Source: Candidatus Sericytochromatia bacterium
GTDB taxonomy: Bacteria; Cyanobacteriota; Sericytochromatia; S15B-MN24; JAQBPE01
NCBI GenBank assembly: GCA_035285125.1
Contig: JAYKHR010000155.1
Coordinates: 32,001 to 96,000, forward strand
Direction: 5' to 3'
Length of the DNA: 64,000 nt
Each line of letters starts with the position of its first letter. The first letter of the stretch is position 1. Below the pieces are notes generated by a model that was not told the DNA's origin, did not search any database, and saw only the letters and a list, made by a program, of their open reading frames with translations. A program made the position numbers and the translations under genes. Below, piece by piece: positions 1-8,543 of this stretch.

Positions 1-117
1 TTGGCGATCGTGCACCCGCTGCACGAGGAGCCGGCGCGGTTGGCCCTCCCCACGGCCCACTCCGCCGAGGCCCCCCCGGCCCCCGAAAAACCGCTCCCTG
101 AGGCGGGCGAGCGTTGA
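1..117 (+). CDS. 3' end of upstream gene (partial), possibly NfeD-like partner of flotillin
   Basis: Frame 1 reads LAIVHPLHEEPARLALPT...AGER then TGA at 115-117. The NfeD guess rests only on its position before a flotillin gene. Confidence 0.4.
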   Translation: MAIVHPLHEEPARLALPTAHSAEAPPAPEKPLPEAGER

Positions 118-293
118 AGCTGTGGCCTCGCGGTCCCGTATGACGGCGCGAGGCCCCTCGGAAGGGGTCCCCCCGTCGCAGGCCCTTCGCGTGAGGAGGG
201 AACCGCCGCGGGGAAAGCTATGACTCGGAAACCATGCCGCCAGGCCTTCGGAGAGACGACCCGGTCCGGCCGCGAACGTGAGGAGAATGACCA

Positions 294-1832
294 ATGGATG
301 GATTTTGGGGCCTAGCCTGGGTGGTCGGCGCGGCCGTCATCGTCGTGCTGATCCTGATGTGGCTCGTGGCGAGCATCTACCGCCAGGTCCCCCCCAACCG
401 CGCCCTGATCGTGTTCGGCATCCGTGGCACCTCCATCGTGACGACAGGCGGCAAGCTCGTCGTCCCGATGGTGGAGAGCGCCAGGGAACTGTCGCTGGAA
501 CTGATGAGTTTCGACGTCACGCCGGAGCAGGACCTTTACACCAGCCAGGGCATCGCCGTGAGCGTCGAGGCCGTGGCCCAGATCAAGGTCAAGAGCGATG
601 TGAGGAGCATCCAGACGGCCGCCGAGCAGTTCCTCGACAAGAAGCAAGCCGAGCGCGAGCACCTCATCAAGCTGGTCATGGAGGGCCACCTGCGCGGCAT
701 CACGGGCCTGCTGACGGTCGAGCAAATCGTCAAGGAGCCGGAGAACGTCGTCAGCCGGGTGCGCGAGACCGTCGCCGAGGATCTGGACAAGATGGGCCTG
801 GAACTCATCTCCTTCACCATCCGGAAGGTGACGGACGAGCAAGAGTACATCGCGAACATGGGCCGCCCTGACGTCGCCAAGGTCAAACGAATGGCCGAGA
901 TTGCAGACGCAGAGGCCAACCGCGACATTCAGATCCGGCGTGCGGAGACGGCGCGCGAGGCGGCCGTGGCGCAGGCGTCGGCTGACCAAGAGCGGGTGTT
1001 GGCCCAGTCGCTCTCGGAGACGGCCCAGGCCGAGGCTATGCGCGACCTCAACTCCAAGAAGGCCGAGTACGACGCCCGCGTCAACGAGCAACGCGCGCTC
1101 GCCGAGAAGGCTTACGACATCGCAGCGAACCAGGCCCAGCAGAAGGTCATCGCGGAGCAGGTTCGCATCTCGCAGGCCGAGAAGCAGGAACAGCTCCGCG
1201 TGCAGGAGCTCGAGGTCCAGCGCCGCGAGCTCGAGCTCGAAGCCACGATGATCAAGCAGGCCAACGCCGAGCAGCGCCGCATCGAGATCATGGCCGAGGC
1301 CGAGCGGCAGCGCCTGGGCCGGGAGGCCGCTGGTCGCGCCGAGGCGCTGCGGGAGCAGGGCCGCGCCGAGGCGGAGGTCACGTCGATGCGAGGCAAGGCA
1401 GAGGCCGAGGCCCTCAAGGCCAGGGGTGAGGCCGAGGCCGACATCGTGAGGGCCAAGGGTCAGGCCGAGGCGGACGCGATGCAGAAGCGCGCTGACGCCT
1501 ACGAACGCTACACCGAGGCCGCCATCCTCGATCGGATGCTCGCGAGCCTGCCGGAGATGGCGACGGCCTTCTCCCAGTCGCTGCAGAAGGTCGACAAGAT
1601 CACCATCGTCTCGGCGGGCGACGGCAAGGCCGGCGCCAGCGCGCTGACGGGCGAGGTGGCGAAGATGGTGGCCCAGCTGCCTGAGGTGGTGCAGACCATC
1701 ACGGGCCAGTCCATCAGCGACCTGCTCGCCCGCGTCCGGGGCACGGCAGCCGCCGAGCCCCTCACGGCCCCGCAGGGCCAGGCAGGCCCCACCATCCGCA
1801 TCCCCCTCGGGGACAAGGGCCCAAGCGCCTGA
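294..1832 (+). CDS. Flotillin-family SPFH (band 7) membrane protein
   Basis: N-terminal TM helix, SPFH core (YRQVPPNRALIVFG, VAQIKV, AAEQFL, EGHLRGI), long AEA/EA coiled-coil and C-terminal KVDKITIV flotillin motif; AGGAG upstream. Confidence 0.93.
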   Translation: MDGFWGLAWVVGAAVIVVLILMWLVASIYRQVPPNRALIVFGIRGTSIVTTGGKLVVPMVESARELSLELMSFDVTPEQDLYTSQGIAVSVEAVAQIKVKSDVRSIQTAAEQFLDKKQAEREHLIKLVMEGHLRGITGLLTVEQIVKEPENVVSRVRETVAEDLDKMGLELISFTIRKVTDEQEYIANMGRPDVAKVKRMAEIADAEANRDIQIRRAETAREAAVAQASADQERVLAQSLSETAQAEAMRDLNSKKAEYDARVNEQRALAEKAYDIAANQAQQKVIAEQVRISQAEKQEQLRVQELEVQRRELELEATMIKQANAEQRRIEIMAEAERQRLGREAAGRAEALREQGRAEAEVTSMRGKAEAEALKARGEAEADIVRAKGQAEADAMQKRADAYERYTEAAILDRMLASLPEMATAFSQSLQKVDKITIVSAGDGKAGASALTGEVAKMVAQLPEVVQTITGQSISDLLARVRGTAAAEPLTAPQGQAGPTIRIPLGDKGPSA

Positions 1833-1986
1833 CACGCTGCCCCATGGGCGCGGCGGTGGCGGCCATCTTGGCCACCTCCGCCGCGCTTTACGTATGGGCC
1901 ATCCTCGGGGAGAATCAGGAGGAACATAACGAGCCGCGGCGGGGTAAGGAACGCCACGACCCGGCTCCGCCCCTGGCCCTGGAAGG

Positions 1987-4605
1987 ATGCTCATGCCTCG
2001 CTCGACCCCCCACCTCCTCCGTCTCGGCCCCCTGACGCTGGGCGCCGCGCTGCTGGTGAGTGCTTGCGCCCACACCGCGCCCAAGGAGACCGCGGCCTCG
2101 CCCGGCACGGAAGGGGCGACCAACGCCGACATCTCCCATGCCGCCAACGTCGCCGTGGCGCCGGTGTTGAAGACGGCCGCGGGCCCAGCGAACGAGCTCG
2201 GCTACATCCCCGTGCTGGAGTACCACCGCTTCGGGCCGAAGGAGGAGCGCTGGACGCGCACGCCGGCGAACTTCCGCAAGGACCTCCAGTTCCTCCACGC
2301 CAACGGCTACCACCTGGTGAACATGGCCGACGTCGCGGCCAAGCGGCTGGCCGTCCCCGCCGGCAAGAAGCCCGTCGTGCTGACCTTCGACGACAGCACC
2401 GAGGGCCAGTTCCGCTACTTGAAGGGGGCGGACGGCAAGTGGAGGACAGGTGCTGACGGCAAGAAGGTGATCGATCCCGACTGCGCCGTCGGCATGCTCG
2501 ACGCCTTTGCAAAGGCCCACCCCGACGCCGGGCGGGGGGCAACGTTCTACGTCCTGCCCAGCGGCTTCGACCAGGACGGGGTGATCGGGGAGAAGTTCCG
2601 TTACCTCGTGGAGACGGGCCGCGAGATCGGCAACCACACCTGGACCCACGACAGCCTGGCGACCATGTCGCCACCGCGCATCGAGGAGCACCTGGGCAAG
2701 CTGCAGAAGTTCGTTGCCACCGAGGTCGGCAAGCCTTATGCCATCACGACGCTCGCGCTGCCGTTCGGCATCGGGCCCCGGGACGCGGCGGGGCTCGCCA
2801 AGGTCGTGAAGGGGGGCGCGGGCCCCACGGCTTACCACCACCAGGTGCTGCTGCTGGTCGGCGCCAACCCGGCCTACTCGCCGTTCGACAAGCGGTACAA
2901 GGCCACCGCCGTCGCCCGCATCCAGTGCATCGACAGCGAGTTCAAGACCTGGTTCAATCGGCCCGTCGGGTCCACGGACCGGGCCCGGGAGCCCTGGGTG
3001 CCCTTCGTGAGCGACGGCGACCCCAGCACCGTGAGCTTCCCCGTGGCCTCGCAGAAGCACTTCAACCCCGCGTCGCTGGTGGCGGGGCAGCAGGCGAAGC
3101 CGTTCGACCCTGCCAAGGCCACGACGGCGGAGGCCTCACCCGCCGCGAGCCCTGCCGGCCAGGCCGCCGCTCCGGCGTCGAGCCCGTCGCAGGCCGCGGC
3201 CGAGCCCAATGGGGCCCTGGCCGCCACCCTCACCAGCCCCGCCCCCTCGGCAGTCGCCTCCGGCGCCCCCGCCAGCGCGGCCCCTGCCCCACAAGCCCTC
3301 GACCACCACCCCGGTTACGGGCGCAAGTTGCCCAAGGGCGGCGAGTACCGGGAGGGCACCATCCGGCACCGGGTGGCCGCCGGCGACTCCGTGGAGGCCA
3401 TCGCCTGGTCCTACCTGCGGATGACGGACTTCTACACCTACCCCAAGCTCGCCCAGGCCATCCGGGACGCCAACAAGGCCAACCGGCCGCTCAAGATCGG
3501 CGAGTGGCTGACCATCCCAGGCGTCCGGCAGGCCCCTCCCAAGGCCGCGCTGGTCCGGCGGGATAAGACCTTCCCGGCCCGGGGCGTCTACGTCACGGGG
3601 ACCACGGCCGGCTCCGAGTCGCTCTGGAGCCTCGTGAAGGAGCTCAAGGCGCACGGCGGGAACACCGTCGTCTTTGACGCCAAGGACATGAGCGGCGTGA
3701 TTTCCTACGAGACGAACGTGCCCCTCGCCAGGACCATCAAGGCCTACCGCGGCGGCATGATCCACGACCTGCCCAAGATGCTGGAGCGCCTTCACGCCGA
3801 GGGCATCCACGCCGTCGCCCGGCTGACGCTCTTCCACGACGCCCGGCTCGCGCAGAGCAAGCCGCAGTGGGCCCTGCGCTCGAAGCGCTCGGGGGCGCCC
3901 TGGCGCGAGTGGGGCAACCTGGTCTGGGTCGACGCCTCTCGGCCGGAGGTGCAAGACTACAACATGGCCCTGGCCCAGGAACTGATTGCGCAGGGCGTGG
4001 ATGAGGTCCAGTTCGACTACGTGCGCTTCCCGGCCCAGGGTGACACGCCCGACGTGGGCTGGGCCACGATGAAGACCCAGCCCACCAAGCACGAGGTCAT
4101 CACCGCGTGGGTGAAGCGCGCCCACGAGGCGATCAAGCCGACGGGGGCGCTGCTCTCGGCGGACGTCTACGGCGTGGTTGCCTGGGACCAGGGCATCGAC
4201 GTGCGGATCACCGGCCAGCGCCTCGAGGACCTCGGGCACCACCTCGACGCGATCAGCCCGATGCTCTACCCGTCGCACTTCTACAGCAACTTCGACAACA
4301 AGGGCTACCCGCCCGACCACCCTGAGCACTTCATCAGCGAAGGCGTGAAGCGGACGGCGAAGAAGACGGCCGGCAGCGGCGTCGTCATCCGGCCTTGGGT
4401 CCAGGCCTTCCCATACCGCATCCGCAACTACGGGCCTGCGTACGTCGCGCGACAGCTCAGGGCCAACGACGCGGCGAAGGGCACCGGCTGGCTGCTCTGG
4501 AACGCCGAGAACAGCTACAAGGTCGGCTTCGCAGGCGTCGACCAGGTCGGCTCTACCCCCGTGCGCAGCGCCGCGGCGGTCTCGGCGAGCAGCCCGCACC
4601 CCTGA
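1987..4605 (+). CDS. Lipoprotein: polysaccharide deacetylase (CE4/NodB) + LysM-like + putative glycoside hydrolase (DUF4015-like TIM barrel)
   Basis: Lipobox LLVSAC; CE4 motifs LTFDD and NHTWTH; A/P-rich linker; LysM-like HRVAAGDS..IA...LKIGEWLTIP; GH-like RGVYVT, NTVVFDAKD, DEVQFDYVRFP, SPMLYPSH, RPWVQAF. Confidence 0.85.
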   Translation: MLMPRSTPHLLRLGPLTLGAALLVSACAHTAPKETAASPGTEGATNADISHAANVAVAPVLKTAAGPANELGYIPVLEYHRFGPKEERWTRTPANFRKDLQFLHANGYHLVNMADVAAKRLAVPAGKKPVVLTFDDSTEGQFRYLKGADGKWRTGADGKKVIDPDCAVGMLDAFAKAHPDAGRGATFYVLPSGFDQDGVIGEKFRYLVETGREIGNHTWTHDSLATMSPPRIEEHLGKLQKFVATEVGKPYAITTLALPFGIGPRDAAGLAKVVKGGAGPTAYHHQVLLLVGANPAYSPFDKRYKATAVARIQCIDSEFKTWFNRPVGSTDRAREPWVPFVSDGDPSTVSFPVASQKHFNPASLVAGQQAKPFDPAKATTAEASPAASPAGQAAAPASSPSQAAAEPNGALAATLTSPAPSAVASGAPASAAPAPQALDHHPGYGRKLPKGGEYREGTIRHRVAAGDSVEAIAWSYLRMTDFYTYPKLAQAIRDANKANRPLKIGEWLTIPGVRQAPPKAALVRRDKTFPARGVYVTGTTAGSESLWSLVKELKAHGGNTVVFDAKDMSGVISYETNVPLARTIKAYRGGMIHDLPKMLERLHAEGIHAVARLTLFHDARLAQSKPQWALRSKRSGAPWREWGNLVWVDASRPEVQDYNMALAQELIAQGVDEVQFDYVRFPAQGDTPDVGWATMKTQPTKHEVITAWVKRAHEAIKPTGALLSADVYGVVAWDQGIDVRITGQRLEDLGHHLDAISPMLYPSHFYSNFDNKGYPPDHPEHFISEGVKRTAKKTAGSGVVIRPWVQAFPYRIRNYGPAYVARQLRANDAAKGTGWLLWNAENSYKVGFAGVDQVGSTPVRSAAAVSASSPHP

Positions 4606-5609
4606 TGGCCTCGCTCCTCATCTCCGCGCTCATCACGCTGGCGCTGCTGGGGGGCGTGGCGCTGGTCGCGCTGCCCTTCTGCAGGATCCACGTGGGGGAG
4701 GGGGAGCGCCTGGTCGTCTCCAGGCAGGAGGGCGTGCACCGCGTGAGGGGCCCGGGCACCGCCTGGGTGCTCCCTGGCCTGGAGGCCTGGATGACGCTGT
4801 CCATCCGGCCGCAGGTCCAGAGCCTGGAGGTCTCCGGGATCCAGGCCCAGACTGGGGCCTGGATGTCGGCCGTGCTCCGCGTCGACTTCGTCGTGCTACA
4901 GCCAGAGCGCGCCGTCGAGCTGATGGGCACGACGCGACTGGGGCCGGCGCTCGACCAGCTCGTGCGCACGGCCTTCGAGGTGGCGGTCTCGACCCTGCCC
5001 CCCGAGCGGCTCATCGCCGCCGAGGACCGTCGCCACCTCGGGCGCGGCCTGAAGAAGGCCATCAACGAGACGGCGCTGGGCTGGGGCCTCGACGTGACCA
5101 CCGTCGAGGTCGCCGAGGTGCGCGAGGTCGCGGGCCCTGCCGCGGGAAGCCAGGGCACGTGGCAGGTCGTGCTCGTCGCGACGGGCGAGGTGCCGATGGA
5201 GGTGGCGAGGGCCCTCACGGGCATCACGGACCTCGGCCTGCTGGAGGCCAAGGCCCTCGTCGACGCCGCCCCAACGGCGTTGCCCGTGGCGGGCGACGTG
5301 GCCAGGGCAGAAGCCTGCCGCGCCGCGCTCGAGCAGGCTGGTGCCACGGTGGCGCTGCACCTGATGCGGGAAGAAGCGCCTGCGCCCGCGCTCACGGGTG
5401 AGGTCGTGGACGTCGTGCTGCAGGCGGCGGGGCCGCGGCTGATCGAGGTGATCAAGGTGTTGCGACGCGTCACGGGTTGGGACCTCGGCCACGCCAAGGC
5501 CGTGGTCGACCAGGCCCCCTACGCCATCATGCACCGCGTGCGCCGGGGCGACGCGGAGGAGGTCCGTCGCGCCCTGGAGACCGTGGGCGCGTCGGTCGAG
5601 CTGGTCTGA
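4605..5609 (+). CDS. SPFH/stomatin-like membrane protein fused to two ribosomal L7/L12 C-terminal-like domains
   Basis: ATG at 4605 overlaps the upstream stop (TGATG). TM helix, SPFH-like region (VGEGERLVV..GPG..VLP, WGLDVTTVEV), then two repeats resembling the bL12 CTD (VVLVATG..EVARAL..ITDLGLLEAKALVDAAP..LEQAGATV; VVLQAAG..IEVIKVLRRVTGWDLGHAKAVVDQAP..LETVGASVEL). Confidence 0.8.
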   Translation: MASLLISALITLALLGGVALVALPFCRIHVGEGERLVVSRQEGVHRVRGPGTAWVLPGLEAWMTLSIRPQVQSLEVSGIQAQTGAWMSAVLRVDFVVLQPERAVELMGTTRLGPALDQLVRTAFEVAVSTLPPERLIAAEDRRHLGRGLKKAINETALGWGLDVTTVEVAEVREVAGPAAGSQGTWQVVLVATGEVPMEVARALTGITDLGLLEAKALVDAAPTALPVAGDVARAEACRAALEQAGATVALHLMREEAPAPALTGEVVDVVLQAAGPRLIEVIKVLRRVTGWDLGHAKAVVDQAPYAIMHRVRRGDAEEVRRALETVGASVELV

Positions 5610-5612
5610 GCG

Positions 5613-6191
5613 TCAGGCCCTCGCAAAATCCGCAGGCTCGTTCAGGTCGAGCAGCACCTCGGCGTCCGGCACGGGCACCAGCCGGCGGTGGGCCTCATAC
5701 CGGTGCACGATGGCGCGCAGGCCCAGCGGCTCGGCGGCGACGGCCTGCAAGTCCGGCAGAAGGTCGCCGCGGAACATCACCGGGTGACCATGGTGCCCCT
5801 CGTGCGTGGGCTGCAACACGGCAAAGGCAGGTCTGTAGGCCTCACACAGCCTTGCCACGACGCCCCCGGCGAGGGGCTGATCCACAGCCACCACCAGCAC
5901 GCCGGCCACAGGTGCCCGCACCAGGGCGAAGGCGGCAGCCAGGCTGCTGCTCCGCCCCTCGTCGTACCGCGGGTTGAACACCGTCCGCACGCGCGAGTGA
6001 CTCGGCACGAAGGGCTCCAGGAGGTGGGCCTCGTGGCCGAGGACCACGATGACCTCCCGGCACCCCAGCAAGGCCCTGACCTGGTGGGTGATCAGCGGCT
6101 GCCCACGCCACTCCAGCAGCGCCTTGGGGCGCCCCATCCGCGTCGAACGACCCGCCGCCGTTACCACGGCGACCACATCTGCCAGCCTCAT
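5613..6191 (-). CDS. mocA: Molybdenum cofactor cytidylyltransferase-like nucleotidyltransferase (MocA/MobA family)
   Basis: AAGRSTRMGRPKALL motif, NPRYDEG.SSSL, DQP, GHPV, DLNEPAD; overlaps xdhC. Confidence 0.85.
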   Translation of the reverse strand: MRLADVVAVVTAAGRSTRMGRPKALLEWRGQPLITHQVRALLGCREVIVVLGHEAHLLEPFVPSHSRVRTVFNPRYDEGRSSSLAAAFALVRAPVAGVLVVAVDQPLAGGVVARLCEAYRPAFAVLQPTHEGHHGHPVMFRGDLLPDLQAVAAEPLGLRAIVHRYEAHRRLVPVPDAEVLLDLNEPADFARA

Positions 6192-7039
6192 AGGCTCTCC
6201 CCCTCAGCGGCCGGAGGCTCGGGCAGCCCGGCCCCGACGCCCATCGGCGCGCCCGTCCGCCCGTGGCGCCACAGCTGGAGCTCTGACAGGATCGAGAGCG
6301 CCACCGCCGCCGGCGACTTGCCGCCAAGGTCCAGGCCGATGGGCGCCCGCAACCCGGCGAGCAGCAATTCGAAGCCCTGCTCGGCCGCCAGCTCGGCGCG
6401 AATGGTCTCGACCTTGTGCCGGGAGCCGATCATGCCCACGTAGCGCCAGGGGCGAGCCGCGGCGGCCCGCAGCACCAGACGGTCCGTGGCGTGGCAGCGG
6501 GTGGCGATCACGACGAAGCAGTCCTCGCTGCGCTCGATGGCGCCGAACGGCTCGCGCAGCGACGGCACCACCTCGAGGCGCTGGGCGTACGGGAAGTGGT
6601 CGCGCGTCACCCACTGGGGCCTGTCGTCGATCACCCAGACGTCGAAGTCGAGGTCCCGCGCCATGCGCGCCACGGCCTGGTTGACGTGGCCGCCCCCGAT
6701 CAGCAACAGGCGCGGGTGGCCGACGTAGGGCTCGAGGAACAGGCGGATGCTGCCGCCGCACGTCATCCCCAGCGTGGAGGCCTCGTCATCCGTCAGGTGG
6801 TGTTCCAGTTCCTGCGGCGCGCGCTCGGCGATGGCACGCACCAGCCGGTGGATGACGACGGCCTCCAGCGCCCCTCCGCCCACCGTGCCTGCCAGGATCT
6901 GGCCGTGGGCGTTCACCAGCAGCTTGGCCCCCACCTCCGTGGGGATGGAGCCGACGATGCCCGTCACGGTGGCCAGGCCACACGGGGTGCCCTCCGCCAC
7001 GCAGGCGTGCAGGCTGGAGATGACGGGCTCGTTGCGCAT
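6188..7039 (-). CDS. xdhC: XdhC/CoxI family molybdoenzyme maturation factor
   Basis: GSIPTEVGAK, GTVGGGALE, GMTCGG, IGGGHV, DDRP, YVGMIGSRHK, APIGLDLGGKSP motifs. Confidence 0.92.
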   Translation of the reverse strand: MRNEPVISSLHACVAEGTPCGLATVTGIVGSIPTEVGAKLLVNAHGQILAGTVGGGALEAVVIHRLVRAIAERAPQELEHHLTDDEASTLGMTCGGSIRLFLEPYVGHPRLLLIGGGHVNQAVARMARDLDFDVWVIDDRPQWVTRDHFPYAQRLEVVPSLREPFGAIERSEDCFVVIATRCHATDRLVLRAAAARPWRYVGMIGSRHKVETIRAELAAEQGFELLLAGLRAPIGLDLGGKSPAAVALSILSELQLWRHGRTGAPMGVGAGLPEPPAAEGESL

Positions 7040-7057
7040 CGCGTCGGCGGCCGGGCC

Positions 7058-8422
7058 TCAGACCAGCACCGAGGGCGCCGGGCTCAGCTCCTGGTAGATG
7101 ACGTGAGCCAGGCGCTCGGCGATCGCCTCGATCGCGGCCCGGTCGCGCCCCTCCACCATCAGCCGCAGCAGGGCCTCCGTCCCCGAGGCCCGGAGCAGGA
7201 TGCGGCCGGCGCCTCCGAGCTCGGCCTCGGCTTGCCGCACGGCCGCCGTGATGGCCGCGTTCTCGGACCAGCCCGTGAGGCGCTGCACCCGAAGGTTGTG
7301 GAGCAGCTGCGGATAACTCGTCATGTCGGCCGCAAGGTCGTGCAGCGTGCGGCCGCTGGCGCGCACCGCCTCCAGCACGCGCACGGCGCTGATGAGGCCG
7401 TCCCCTGTGGTGTTGTCGTCGAGGAAGATGAGGTGGCCGCTCTGCTCCCCCCCCAGCCGGATGCCGCGGGCCTGCATCTCCTCGAGCACGTACCGGTCCC
7501 CGACCTTGGCCCGGATCAGCTCGCCGCCGAGGTCGCGGACGGCATCCTCGAAGCCCATGTTGCTCATCACGGTCGCCACGACGGAGGGGGTCCCCAGACG
7601 CCCTGCGGCCACGCCGTGCCGGAGGCAGATCAGCATCAGCCTGTCTCCGTCGACCGGGGCGCCGGTGTGGTCGACGGCCAGCAGGCGGTCGGCGTCGCCG
7701 TCGAAGGCCAGCCCCACGTCAGCTCGGGCGGCCACGACGGCCTCCTGCAGCAGCGTCAGGTGCGTCGAGCCGCAGCCCCGGTTGATGTTGTCACCGTCAG
7801 GCTCCACGTGCAGCGGCACCACCTCGGCCCCCACGGTCCTCAGCACGGCGGGCCCGAGCACGGAGGCCGCGCCGTGACCGCAGTCGACGACCACCTTCAC
7901 GCCCCCGAGGCCGGCGGGCAGCAGCCCACTGACGTAAGCCGTGTATCGCTCGACGAGCTCGGCGCCTTCGGTGATGCGGCCGAGGGCCTCTCCCGTCGGC
8001 CGTGGCAACTGCTCCGGCGTCCGGATGAGCGCCTCGATGGCGTCCTCCACCGCATCGGGAAGCTTGAAGCCGTCAGGCCCGAAGAACTTGATGCCGTTGT
8101 CGGGGGCGGGGTTGTGGCTCGCGGAAATCATCACCCCCGCAACCGCGCCCGTCAGGCGCGTCAGCCAGGCGACCCCGGGCGTGGGCACCACGCCGAGGCG
8201 CCGCACGTGCACGCCCACCGAGCAGATGCCCGCACACAGGGCGGCCTCGAGCATGTCACCGGACCGGCGGGTGTCCTTGCCCACGACCACCGTCGGGTGG
8301 GCCTCCTGGCTCTGGGCGCGCAGGTAGGCCGCGCCAGCCCGGCCGAGGTCGAACGCCAGCTCGGGCGTGAGGTCCCGGTTCGCGAGGCCGCGAACGCCAT
8401 CGGTGCCGAAGAGTCGAGCCAC
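7058..8422 (-). CDS. glmM: Phosphoglucosamine mutase
   Basis: Starts at GTG 8422 (ARLFGTDGVRG); ISASHNP phosphoserine motif, FDGDADR, GGEQSGH, RASGTE. Confidence 0.96.
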   Translation of the reverse strand: MARLFGTDGVRGLANRDLTPELAFDLGRAGAAYLRAQSQEAHPTVVVGKDTRRSGDMLEAALCAGICSVGVHVRRLGVVPTPGVAWLTRLTGAVAGVMISASHNPAPDNGIKFFGPDGFKLPDAVEDAIEALIRTPEQLPRPTGEALGRITEGAELVERYTAYVSGLLPAGLGGVKVVVDCGHGAASVLGPAVLRTVGAEVVPLHVEPDGDNINRGCGSTHLTLLQEAVVAARADVGLAFDGDADRLLAVDHTGAPVDGDRLMLICLRHGVAAGRLGTPSVVATVMSNMGFEDAVRDLGGELIRAKVGDRYVLEEMQARGIRLGGEQSGHLIFLDDNTTGDGLISAVRVLEAVRASGRTLHDLAADMTSYPQLLHNLRVQRLTGWSENAAITAAVRQAEAELGGAGRILLRASGTEALLRLMVEGRDRAAIEAIAERLAHVIYQELSPAPSVLV

Positions 8423-8492
8423 GGTGTCAGGTCCTGTCGAGGGGCGCAAAGGCCCGTGCGGGGAGAATTGCGGCCGGCGGGCGGCCGGCGCC

Positions 8493-8501
8493 ATTGTACC
8501 A
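8493..8501 (-). promoter_or_regulatory. Extended -10 element for glmM
   Basis: TGGTACAAT on the minus strand about 70 bp upstream of the glmM start. Confidence 0.5.
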
Positions 8502-8543
8502 CCAGAGGGCCTGGCCGACGCCGCGGCGGCCGCGGCCCGGGGC

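Noticed and set aside
118..290. GC-rich hairpins upstream of flotillin as a possible riboswitch
   Set aside because: I could not match a known riboswitch consensus, and hairpins are expected at this GC content; an Rfam/Infernal scan would settle it.
1844..2035. 63-aa ORF between flotillin and the deacetylase gene
   Set aside because: It overlaps the next gene's start, has no RBS or recognisable motif, and is probably intergenic.
5613..7039. xdhC/mocA as part of a selenium-dependent molybdenum hydroxylase system
   Set aside because: No yqeB/yqeC, selD or hydroxylase subunits are nearby; this is an ordinary Moco maturation pair.
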